A DNA stretch of 13,281 bases from Elusimicrobiota bacterium (GCA_037137395.1 JBAXKK010000073.1:1-13281); one strand, 5' to 3'; numbered from the stretch's first letter, positions 1-7,704 are shown. Made by a program: numbers and translations. The notes: generated from the sequence alone by a model not told the origin.

Positions 1-3000
1 TATCGGTCTGCCCGGTTTTGGCCAGTTTCACCGAGGCGCCAGCCGCGAATCCCCCACCGCGCAAATCGGTCACGCTTACGGAGGCGGAGTTATAGCCATG
101 GTCCGGGGTTATGGACGAGGCGCCGAGGTAATTCAACAGAAAACCATCGCTCAGCGTATATCCCGCCGAACCGCTCGTGATCACGACATTCCAATATCCG
201 GTGGCTTTGCCGGTCAGATCCAGCGTGCAAACCGCATGCGTGGAAGCCTGGATATTCACTTCGGTCGCGAGTATATCGGTCTGGCCGCTGCGCGTGAGCG
301 TGATGGTAGAGCCATTTATCAGCCCGATTCCGTCCAAGCCCATAATCACCGCACCGCTGTTATAGCCTGAGTCGGGCGTAACCGAAGTAATTATCATCGG
401 CTTGATATCGAGGCTGTCATTAAGCGTGTAAGTAAACGCCCCGCTTGTCACCGTTACATTCCAATATCCGGTAGTTTTTCCTGTCAGATCAAAGTCGCAG
501 GCGATTCTAGTTGAATTTACGACATTGACGCTGCCGGCGAGAATATCCGGCTGATCCGTTTTGGATAAAGTCACTACTGAACCGCCGAGAAAGCCGTTTC
601 CGGAGATGGCAAAGGTTTGCGAACTCATATTGGAAGCGAAGGCAGGCGCAATTGAAACGACATTCATCGGCTGAATATTAAAGCCGCTTATCAGGGAATG
701 GCTGAACGCGCCGCTTGAGACCACGACATCCCAGTAGCCGGTCGCCTTTCCCGTTAAGTTAAACTTACAGACAAGCATGTTTGAACTTACCACGCTAATA
801 TCTGTGGCGGTTATATCCGCCTGACCTGAGCGGGTCAGCTTTACCCTGGTCAGGTAGCCGGCAAATCCTTCGCCACGCAAATCAGTTATGATGCCCGACT
901 CAGTGTTGTATCCGGAACTGGGGACTATTGAATTGATAATAACAGCATTCACAAAAAATCCGCTCGGTAAAGTCGCGAAAAGCGAACCTGCGCCGCCGGT
1001 GCTGATAATAACATCCCAGTAGCCGGTCGCTTTTCCGGTCAGTTCAAATAAGCAGGCGATTTGTGACGAACTTACAACGCTTACGCCGGTCGCGGTAATA
1101 TCGGTTTGCCCGGTTTTGGCTAGTTTCACCGAGGCGCCGGCCGCGAATCCCTCGCCGCGCAAATCAGTTATGCTGACTAACCCTGTGTTGTAACCAGTGA
1201 TGGGGGTGATCGAAGTGACAAGCATCGGTTTAATCTCAAAAACGCCGGCCAAAGTCCGGCTGAACGCGCCTGTCGTAACCACTACATCCCAGTAGCCAGT
1301 CGCCTTTCCCAGCAGGTCAAACGCGCATGCTATCTGGGTTGAGGCTATTATATTCACGCTCGTCGCGGCTATGGCCGTCTCACCGGCGCGGGTGAGCGCC
1401 ACGGTCGAGCCGGCAACAAAACCCGCGCCGCTCAGATTTGTGATGCTGACCGGACCGGTGTTATAACCGGAGCCGGGCGTAACTGAAGTCACCTGCATAA
1501 GCCTGATCTCAAAAGCGCTGGCCAAAGTCTGGCGGAACGATCCGGTAGTGACCACTATATCCCAGTAACCAGTCGCTTTTCCAAATAGGTCAAACGCGCA
1601 TGCTATCTGGGTGGAACCTGTCAAGCTGACGCCGGTTGCGGCGATAGCCGTCTCGCCGGCGCGGGTAAGCGCCACGGTCGAGCCGGCTATAAAACCAGCA
1701 CCATGTAAATCCGTGACGCTGACCGGGCCTGTGTTGTAGCCCGCGTCGGGTGTAACCGAAGTCACCTGCATAAACCTGATCTCAAAAGCGCTGGCCAAAG
1801 TCTGACGGAACGATCCGGTAGTGACCACTATATCCCAGTAGCCAGTCGCTTTTCCAAATAGGTCAAACGCGCATGCTATCTGGGTGGAACCTGTCAAGCT
1901 GACGCCGGTTGCGGCGATAGCCGTCTCGCCGGCGCGGGTAAGCGCCACGGTCGAGCCGGCTATAAAACCAGCGCCATGTAAATCGGTTATGCTTACCGAA
2001 CCCGTATTGTAACCGGTGTCGGGGGTGACCGAGGCAACCTGCATCAGACTGATATTAAAGCCATTATATAGGGTCTGGCTGAACGATCCTGTCGTCACCA
2101 CTATGTCCCAATAGCCAGTCGCTTTTCCAAGCAGGTCAAACGCGCACGCTATCTGTGTTGAGCCTGTCAAGCTGAAACCGGTCGCGACGATAGCCGTATT
2201 ACCTGCGCGGGTAAGCGTCACGGTCGAGCCGGCCACAAAACCCGCGCCATGCAAATCTGTGATGTTGACCGGCCCTGTGTTGTAACCAGTGTAAGGCACT
2301 ACCGAGGTTATCTGCATCAGCCTGATATTAAAACAATTATTTAAAGTCTGGCTGAATGCGCCGGTCGTGACTACGATATTCCAGTAGCCCGTCGCCTTTC
2401 CCAGCAGGTCAAACGCGCATGTTATCTGAGTTGGACTTACACTGACTCCGGTAGCAGCTATGGCCGCCTCTCCTGCGCGGGTAAGCGCCACGGTCGAGCC
2501 GGCCACAAAACCTGCGCCGCCCAGATTTGTGATGCTGACCGACCCCGTGTTGTAGCCCTCATTGGGAGTGAGCGAGGCCACATCCATAAGTCTGACATTG
2601 AAGCCGTTATTTAAGGTCTGACTGAGCGCCCCGGTCGTAACCACTATGTTCCAGTAGCCCGTCGCCTTTCCCAGCAGGTCAAACGCGCATGTTATCTGAG
2701 TTGGACTTACACTGACTCCGGTAGCAGCTATGGCCGCCTCTCCTGCGCGGGTAAGCGCCACGGTCGAGCCGGCCACAAAACCTGCGCCGCCCAGATTTGT
2801 GATGCTGACCGACCCCGTGTTGTAGCCCTCATTGGGAGTGAGCGAGGCCACATCCATAAGTCTGACATTGAAGCCGTTATTTAAGGTCTGACTGAGCGCC
2901 CCGGTCGTAACCACTATGTTCCAGTAGCCCGTCGCTTTTCCAAACAGGTCAAACGCGCATGCTATCCGGGTTGAACCTGCCACACTGACGCCGGTCGCGG

Positions 3001-3772
3001 CGATAGCCGTCTCGCCGTCTCGGGTAAGCGCCACAGTCGAGCCGGCCACAAAACCTGCGCCGCTCAGATTTGTGATGCTGACCGGACCTGTGTTGTATCC
3101 CGCGTAAGGCGTGACCGAGGTTATCTCCATCAGCCTGATATCAAAAGCGCTGGCCAAAGTCTGACTGAGCGCGCCTGTCGTGACCACGATGCTCCAGTAG
3201 CCGGTAGCTTTTCCCAACAGATTAAAAGCGCATGTTATCTGGGTTGAGCTTACACTGACGCCGGTCGCGGCTATGGCCGTCTCGCCAGCGCGGGTAAGAG
3301 CCACAGTCGAGCCGGCCACAAAACCGGCGCCATGTAAATCCGTGATGCTGACCAGGCCTGTGTTGTACCCGGAGCCGGGCGTAACCGAGGCCACCTGCAT
3401 TAGTCTGATCTCAAAAGTGTTTGTCAGGATCTGGCTGAACGATCCGGTCGTGACAACTATGTTCCAGTAGCCAGTCGCTTTTCTCAGCAGGTCAAACGTG
3501 CATATTATCTGGGTTGAACTCACCACGCTGACTCCGGTCGCGGCTATAGCCGTCTCGCCGGAGCGGGTAAGCGCCACGGTCGAGCCGGCAACAAAATTAG
3601 TGCTGTGCAAATCGGTAATACTGACCGGACCTGTGTTATAACCGAAGGCGGGAGTTATTGAATCTGCGGATGTCTCCGCGTGCAGCGCGGGGACAAGAAT
3701 ACCGGCAGCAGAAAACAAAATGGCTGAAAAAACCATCCTCAGTAAGAAGTATTTTTTTATACGCAGGCGCAT
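1..3772 (-). CDS. Giant secreted/surface protein with tandem IPT/TIG-like (Ig-fold) repeats, 3'-truncated by the window edge (>=1257 aa)
   Basis: Manual translation from ATG at 3772-3770: MRLRIKKYFLLRMVFSAILFSAAGILVPALHA|ETSADSITPAFGYNTGPVSITDLHSTNFVAGSTVALTRSGETAIAATGVSVVSSTQIICTFDLLRKATGYWNIVVTTG... The N-terminus looks like a Sec signal peptide ending ALHA. The TGYW Trp codon recurs in one frame at 3466, 3196, 2923, 2653, 2383, 2110, 1837, 1564, 1291, 1018, 733, 463 and 193, and no stop was seen. The repeat pattern (S-I/V-T-P-x-x-G...G-x-G-F...G-Y-W-x-V-V-V) resembles IPT/TIG domains. Confidence 0.93.
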   Translation of the reverse strand, partial: MRLRIKKYFLLRMVFSAILFSAAGILVPALHAETSADSITPAFGYNTGPVSITDLHSTNFVAGSTVALTRSGETAIAATGVSVVSSTQIICTFDLLRKATGYWNIVVTTGSFSQILTNTFEIRLMQVASVTPGSGYNTGLVSITDLHGAGFVAGSTVALTRAGETAIAATGVSVSSTQITCAFNLLGKATGYWSIVVTTGALSQTLASAFDIRLMEITSVTPYAGYNTGPVSITNLSGAGFVAGSTVALTRDGETAIAATGVSVAGSTRIACAFDLFGKATGYWNIVVTTGALSQTLNNGFNVRLMDVASLTPNEGYNTGSVSITNLGGAGFVAGSTVALTRAGEAAIAATGVSVSPTQITCAFDLLGKATGYWNIVVTTGALSQTLNNGFNVRLMDVASLTPNEGYNTGSVSITNLGGAGFVAGSTVALTRAGEAAIAATGVSVSPTQITCAFDLLGKATGYWNIVVTTGAFSQTLNNCFNIRLMQITSVVPYTGYNTGPVNITDLHGAGFVAGSTVTLTRAGNTAIVATGFSLTGSTQIACAFDLLGKATGYWDIVVTTGSFSQTLYNGFNISLMQVASVTPDTGYNTGSVSITDLHGAGFIAGSTVALTRAGETAIAATGVSLTGSTQIACAFDLFGKATGYWDIVVTTGSFRQTLASAFEIRFMQVTSVTPDAGYNTGPVSVTDLHGAGFIAGSTVALTRAGETAIAATGVSLTGSTQIACAFDLFGKATGYWDIVVTTGSFRQTLASAFEIRLMQVTSVTPGSGYNTGPVSITNLSGAGFVAGSTVALTRAGETAIAATSVNIIASTQIACAFDLLGKATGYWDVVVTTGAFSRTLAGVFEIKPMLVTSITPITGYNTGLVSITDLRGEGFAAGASVKLAKTGQTDITATGVSVVSSSQIACLFELTGKATGYWDVIISTGGAGSLFATLPSGFFVNAVIINSIVPSSGYNTESGIITDLRGEGFAGYLTRVKLTRSGQADITATDISVVSSNMLVCKFNLTGKATGYWDVVVSSGAFSHSLISGFNIQPMNVVSIAPAFASNMSSQTFAISGNGFLGGSVVTLSKTDQPDILAGSVNVVNSTRIACDFDLTGKTTGYWNVTVTSGAFTYTLNDSLDIKPMIITSVTPDSGYNSGAVIMGLDGIGLINGSTITLTRSGQTDILATEVNIQASTHAVCTLDLTGKATGYWNVVITSGSAGYTLSDGFLLNYLGASSITPDHGYNSASVSVTDLRGGGFAAGASVKLAKTGQTD
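1485..1984. repeat. Near-identical repeat pair (1485-1711 vs 1758-1984, offset 273)
   Basis: By-eye alignment shows 4 mismatches in 227 bp: 3 synonymous and 1 Leu/Phe. Confidence 0.85.
2379..2935. repeat. Perfect tandem duplication, period 270 bp
   Basis: 2379-2665 is identical by eye to 2649-2935. Confidence 0.92.
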
Positions 3773-3994
3773 ATCACTCTATTGCGGCAGGTCACTTCGT
3801 TCAGAACGGAATAGATAAGACCATCTGCTGTAACCCCCGCTTACACTATGATACAAAAGTCGGGGCGATTATAAAATTCACAAAAGTCGCCCAAAAGCCC
3901 CCATGTCGGGCCTGTCCCCTTCAAGCCTGGGTCGGCCCGCCGCATATAAAAACGCCTGCTGGGCCATGCCGAACGGGAACATTCCATCCAAGGA

Positions 3995-4034
3995 ACCTAT
4001 TGCCCTATAGTCCCATTTCCCTATAGGCCTTAAT
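3995..4034. promoter_or_regulatory. Degenerate 8-bp tandem array in the divergent promoter region, possible regulator-binding site
   Basis: ACCTATTG CCCTATAG TCCCATTT CCCTATAG GCCTTAAT, about 90 bp upstream of the 4125 start. Confidence 0.35.
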
Positions 4035-4124
4035 ATGTTCAAAGCCTGAGACTTTAGCCTCTTTCTGAAATCGGCGCGTAAAGCTAAACTATACTAGGAA
4101 CAAATCTGGCAAGGCGAGGTCAAA

Positions 4125-4991
4125 ATGAAAAAATACGCAATAACTCTCGTGGTGTTCTTTGCAGCCGTTAACAGCGGCCACTCCGTAACTATGGAAAGCC
4201 TGAGTTCATCCGCGGCGGACGGTCTTTTCACAATCGGCTTAATTCAGGCCGGCGGTGATAATAAAGCGGACATCCCGAATCCAGGACAGACCCAGCCAAT
4301 CATAACTTCTGATTCTTCTGAAGGGTCGGTTTACACCAAGATGTTCGGGTTCGAAAGCAGCGCCTTCACGCTGATAAGCGACGCTCCCCGCGCCATGGAA
4401 GAAGCGGCCATATCGCTGCAGCGCACAGGCTACGCCGTATTGGAAAAAAGATCAGAATTCACCAAATTCACCATTTTTTTCCAGGCCCCTTCCGATATGA
4501 CGCTGAAGAAACACATCAGCGGCACTTTTACGTCGGACAGCGCGGCCCAGAAAGCTGCCGAGGAATGCAAGAGCGTTCTGGAAGCCCTGAAAATGCCGGT
4601 GCTTGAGAAAAGAGTCTCAAATGCCTCTTTCAATATAACCTACCTGACCACAAAATCATTAGCGTCAATGGAACCCCAGACCTACAACAGGAATAGCTTC
4701 ACATTCGACGGGGACGCGGCAAGATCAATGGAAGAAACCGCAACAGTGCTGCGCAGCGTAAACGCCGTGATCCTTGAAAAACGCCAGAGAGGGAACGCGT
4801 ACAACATCGTATTCCTCGCGCCGTTCAAGCTGGTGACAGAGAAATATGTCAGCCCGGTCTACAGCTTCCCGAGCGACGCCAAGAAGGCTATCGTCGCGAC
4901 CGAAGCGGACCTGGCCTCCAAAGGGATGGTTATCCTGGAGAAGAAAGTGGATTTCAACAAGTTCACTATCACTTACTTCAACCCTAAGTAG
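4125..4991 (+). CDS. Secreted hypothetical protein with four internal ~55-aa repeats
   Basis: 288-aa ORF with a GAGGT SD before the ATG and an MKK-plus-hydrophobic signal peptide. The motif (V/I)LEK(R/K)x5(F/Y)xIx(F/Y) has its Leu at aa 106, 160, 217 and 271. Confidence 0.85.
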   Translation: MKKYAITLVVFFAAVNSGHSVTMESLSSSAADGLFTIGLIQAGGDNKADIPNPGQTQPIITSDSSEGSVYTKMFGFESSAFTLISDAPRAMEEAAISLQRTGYAVLEKRSEFTKFTIFFQAPSDMTLKKHISGTFTSDSAAQKAAEECKSVLEALKMPVLEKRVSNASFNITYLTTKSLASMEPQTYNRNSFTFDGDAARSMEETATVLRSVNAVILEKRQRGNAYNIVFLAPFKLVTEKYVSPVYSFPSDAKKAIVATEADLASKGMVILEKKVDFNKFTITYFNPK

Positions 4992-5010
4992 TATTAATAT
5001 CGTTTAAAGC

Positions 5011-5052
5011 AATAAAGAAGGCGCGGTTTTTATACCGCGCCTTCTTTATTTT
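5011..5052. terminator. Probable bidirectional intrinsic terminator between convergent genes
   Basis: Perfect 17-bp inverted repeat AATAAAGAAGGCGCGGT-ttttat-ACCGCGCCTTCTTTATT, giving a T-rich tail on both strands. Confidence 0.85.
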
Positions 5053-5089
5053 CATCAGATACTCAAGACCGCTATCCCCAAAGGGTAAT

Positions 5090-6547
5090 CTACAGCTGCT
5101 TCCTCTGGTACGCTATATTGAAGAGCTTTAGATAATCCTGGGAGGATTTGGTCCACGAGTAATCACCCTTCATGGCGTTGCGGACCATCGTGTTCCAGTT
5201 CTCGCGCCAGCCGAATAACGAAACCGCGTGACCCAATATAGATTTAAGCTGAGTCTCCTCGGCGTTATCCATGGCAAAACCATTAGAATCCTTAGGTTCG
5301 CTTGTATAGTTTACAGTATCCTTCAGCCCGCCGGTCCTGGTAACCACCGGCAGGGAGCCATAGCGCATGGCTATCATCTGCGACAGCCCGCACGGCTCGA
5401 ACCGCGATGGCATCGGGAAAATATCAGAAGCCGCGTAGATCTTGTGGGCGAAGCCTTCATCAAATCCTGCCTTGAAAAAGATCTGCCTGGGGTGAGCTTT
5501 TGCCATTTCCGCGAACGCCTCGGTAAGGGCCGGGTCGCCCACGCCCAGTATAACGAACTGCATCTTATTCATAAACTCCGGAAGCGCCTTAAAAAGTATG
5601 TCCAGTCCCTTCTGATGATCCAGTCGCGAAACCACGCCAGCCAGGATTTTATCCTTTGACTCTTCCAGAGCGCATTCGTGCTGAAGGGCCTTTTTGCAGG
5701 CGGCTTTACCGCGCAGAAAACTCTTCACATCGTAGCCTCTTTCTATAAAAGTGTCGGTGGCCGGGTCCCAAATCTCTTCGTCTATGCCGTTGAGAATGCC
5801 GAACAGATCGGCGGTCCTGTAGCGCAGCACCCCTTCAAGCCCCTTGCCGAATTCCGGCCGGAATTGAATCTCACTTGCGTATGTAGGACTGACTGTAGTG
5901 ACAAGGTCGGAAAGCATGATGCCGGCCTTCATATAATTCAGGCCGCCGTAGAATTCCAGCTTATCCGGGGTGAAATCCGGCCAGGAGAACCCAGCCTTCA
6001 GCAGCGTTTCCTTGGGAAACATGCCCTGGTAGGCGATATTATTGATCGTAAACACGCTTGCGGTCTTGGCGAAAAAAGAGTCTATGCGGTAAAGGGTTTT
6101 AAGATAGGCGCTTACCAGCCCGGTCTGCCAGTCGTGACAGTGAATGACATCAGGCTTAAAACCGATGAACTTCGCGCCTTCAAGCACCGCGCGCGAGAAG
6201 AACATGAATCTTTCATCATTATCTTCGTAGTCTCCAAAATTGGTGCGGTAAATGCCGGGCCGATCAAAATACTTGGAATTTTCTATAAAGTACACAGACA
6301 CCTTCCCCCACTGAACATGTGACATGGTGGCGGTCTCTACGCCATTGCCCACGGGGATAAGAAAACTACCGCCCACCGCCTTTAGCGAGAAAGCTCCGCC
6401 GCCGATATTGCGGTAGCGGGGCATAAAAAGGACGACTTCATTGCCCTCCGCCCGGGAGAACACCTGCGCGAGAGCTCCGACAACATCACCAAGACCACCT
6501 GTCTTGCAGAACGGAAAAGCTTCGCTGGCAGCAATAAGTATTTTCAT
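5090..6547 (-). CDS. glgA: Glycogen synthase (GT5 family)
   Basis: Motifs KTGGLGDV, HCHDWQ, GILNGID, VSRLxxQKG and MPSRFEPCGLSQM; AAGGAG SD upstream. Confidence 0.95.
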   Translation of the reverse strand: MKILIAASEAFPFCKTGGLGDVVGALAQVFSRAEGNEVVLFMPRYRNIGGGAFSLKAVGGSFLIPVGNGVETATMSHVQWGKVSVYFIENSKYFDRPGIYRTNFGDYEDNDERFMFFSRAVLEGAKFIGFKPDVIHCHDWQTGLVSAYLKTLYRIDSFFAKTASVFTINNIAYQGMFPKETLLKAGFSWPDFTPDKLEFYGGLNYMKAGIMLSDLVTTVSPTYASEIQFRPEFGKGLEGVLRYRTADLFGILNGIDEEIWDPATDTFIERGYDVKSFLRGKAACKKALQHECALEESKDKILAGVVSRLDHQKGLDILFKALPEFMNKMQFVILGVGDPALTEAFAEMAKAHPRQIFFKAGFDEGFAHKIYAASDIFPMPSRFEPCGLSQMIAMRYGSLPVVTRTGGLKDTVNYTSEPKDSNGFAMDNAEETQLKSILGHAVSLFGWRENWNTMVRNAMKGDYSWTKSSQDYLKLFNIAYQRKQL

Positions 6548-6586
6548 ATTTTCTCCTTATAAAATCAATTAATGAATGATCGTTTT

Positions 6587-6672
6587 TAGTGGACAGTGAA
6601 CAGCGAATATTGAGGAGTGTTTTAAAATTCACTTACATGCAGTTGCACTGACCACTGATCACTATCCACTAC
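6587..6672. repeat. Inverted heptamer micro-repeat element in the galT-glgA spacer
   Basis: Left arm TAGTGGA CAGTGAA CAGCGAA; right arm GCACTGA CCACTGA TCACTAT CCACTAC. The arms are imperfect reverse complements. Confidence 0.7.
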
Positions 6673-7664
6673 AGTTTATACTTCTTCCCCGCGTTCATCA
6701 TCTCGGCTGCGTCTTCCGGCGAGACGGTGTTTATGTAAAAACCCGTCCCCCATTCAAAGCCCGCTACCAGGCTGAGCTTCGGCATGATCTCTATATGCCA
6801 GTGGTAATGTTCCACCGACGGATCCTGAACCGGCATCGTGTGCAGCACAAGATTATAGGAAAGGTCTTCCATCGAGACATGCAGCTTGCCTATGGCGCTT
6901 TTTACCATAGCGGCAAGATCTCCGGTCAGCTCCGGATCCATAAGCTCGAAGTGGCTCTCGTGCTTTTTAGGGAGTATCCAGGTCTCAAAAGAGAAGCGGC
7001 TGGCGTAAGGCGTTATGGCCAGAAAATTCGCGTTTTCACCTACGACGCGCTTCTTGTGCTCTATTTCCTGCCGCACAATATCACAGAACACGCAGTCACC
7101 GTTCTCGGCGCGATAGTCCTCGGCGCCGTCTATCTCCTGCACCACCCGTATCGGCGCCATGGGCATAGCGATGATCTGTGAATGCGGATGCGCGAGACTA
7201 GCTCCCGCATTGCGCCCGAAATTTTTAAAGATCATCACATATTTTATTTCCGGGTCCTTCTTTATTTCATTCACCCGGAGGATAAATGTTTTAAAGATAG
7301 CGGCGACCTCGGAAACCGTCATATCTTCCAGCTGACGGTTATGGAGCGGAGTCTCTATGACCACTTCGTGGGAGCCTATGCCGTCCATGCGGTCATACAT
7401 GCCGTCGGCCACGCTACCGCCGCGGCCACGCGCCACAAGGGCGGGGTACTTATTAAGAACCACTCGCAGACTCCAGTCTTTATCGTTCTCGCCGGTTAGA
7501 GTATAAATAGACGGCGGGGTCTCCGCCTCATGCCCGGGGCAAAAAGGACAGTTGTACTGGTTCTCTAACGCAGCCTCGCTCCTGAATTCATTGGGGCGCA
7601 AGCCCCGTTCGGAAGCTATTATAACCCAGCGGCCGAAAACGGGATCTTTTCTTATCTCAGGCAT
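6669..7664 (-). CDS. galT: GalT-family nucleotidyltransferase (galactose-1-phosphate uridylyltransferase-like)
   Basis: N-terminal PEIRKDP..RWVI...R..RP, CPFCPG Zn motif, NKYPAL, catalytic GASLAHPHSQ, YHWHIEI and GFEWGTG. Substrate specificity is uncertain. Confidence 0.88.
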   Translation of the reverse strand: MPEIRKDPVFGRWVIIASERGLRPNEFRSEAALENQYNCPFCPGHEAETPPSIYTLTGENDKDWSLRVVLNKYPALVARGRGGSVADGMYDRMDGIGSHEVVIETPLHNRQLEDMTVSEVAAIFKTFILRVNEIKKDPEIKYVMIFKNFGRNAGASLAHPHSQIIAMPMAPIRVVQEIDGAEDYRAENGDCVFCDIVRQEIEHKKRVVGENANFLAITPYASRFSFETWILPKKHESHFELMDPELTGDLAAMVKSAIGKLHVSMEDLSYNLVLHTMPVQDPSVEHYHWHIEIMPKLSLVAGFEWGTGFYINTVSPEDAAEMMNAGKKYKL

Positions 7665-7668
7665 AATT

Positions 7669-7703
7669 CAGTACGATAGCCCGGCAGCAAGACAGTACGA
7701 CAG
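7669..7703. repeat. Degenerate octamer tandem repeat filling the scpB-galT spacer
   Basis: CAGTACGA TAGCCCGG CAGCAAGA CAGTACGA CAG. Confidence 0.5.
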
Positions 7704-7704
7704 A

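Larger units (their letters stand above)
1..3661 (-). repeat. Coding tandem repeat array, 13 complete units plus 1 partial, 270/273 bp each (one 285 bp)
   Basis: Spacing of the conserved Trp codon: 270, 273, 270, 270, 273, 273, 273, 273, 273, 285, 270, 270. Confidence 0.95.

Noticed and set aside
1485..2935. Near-identical repeats as a DGR template/variable pair or a CRISPR array
   Set aside because: Units are in-frame 270/273-bp coding domains without unique spacers. Mismatches are bidirectional, mostly synonymous transitions rather than adenine-specific, and no reverse transcriptase or cas gene is in the window.
98..3470. Short plus-strand ORFs 98-370, 177-365 and 3273-3470
   Set aside because: They are antisense shadows of the long minus-strand repeat gene.
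3658..4026. 122-aa plus-strand ORF
   Set aside because: It overlaps the giant gene's signal-peptide region antisense, spans the divergent promoter region and has no recognisable protein features.
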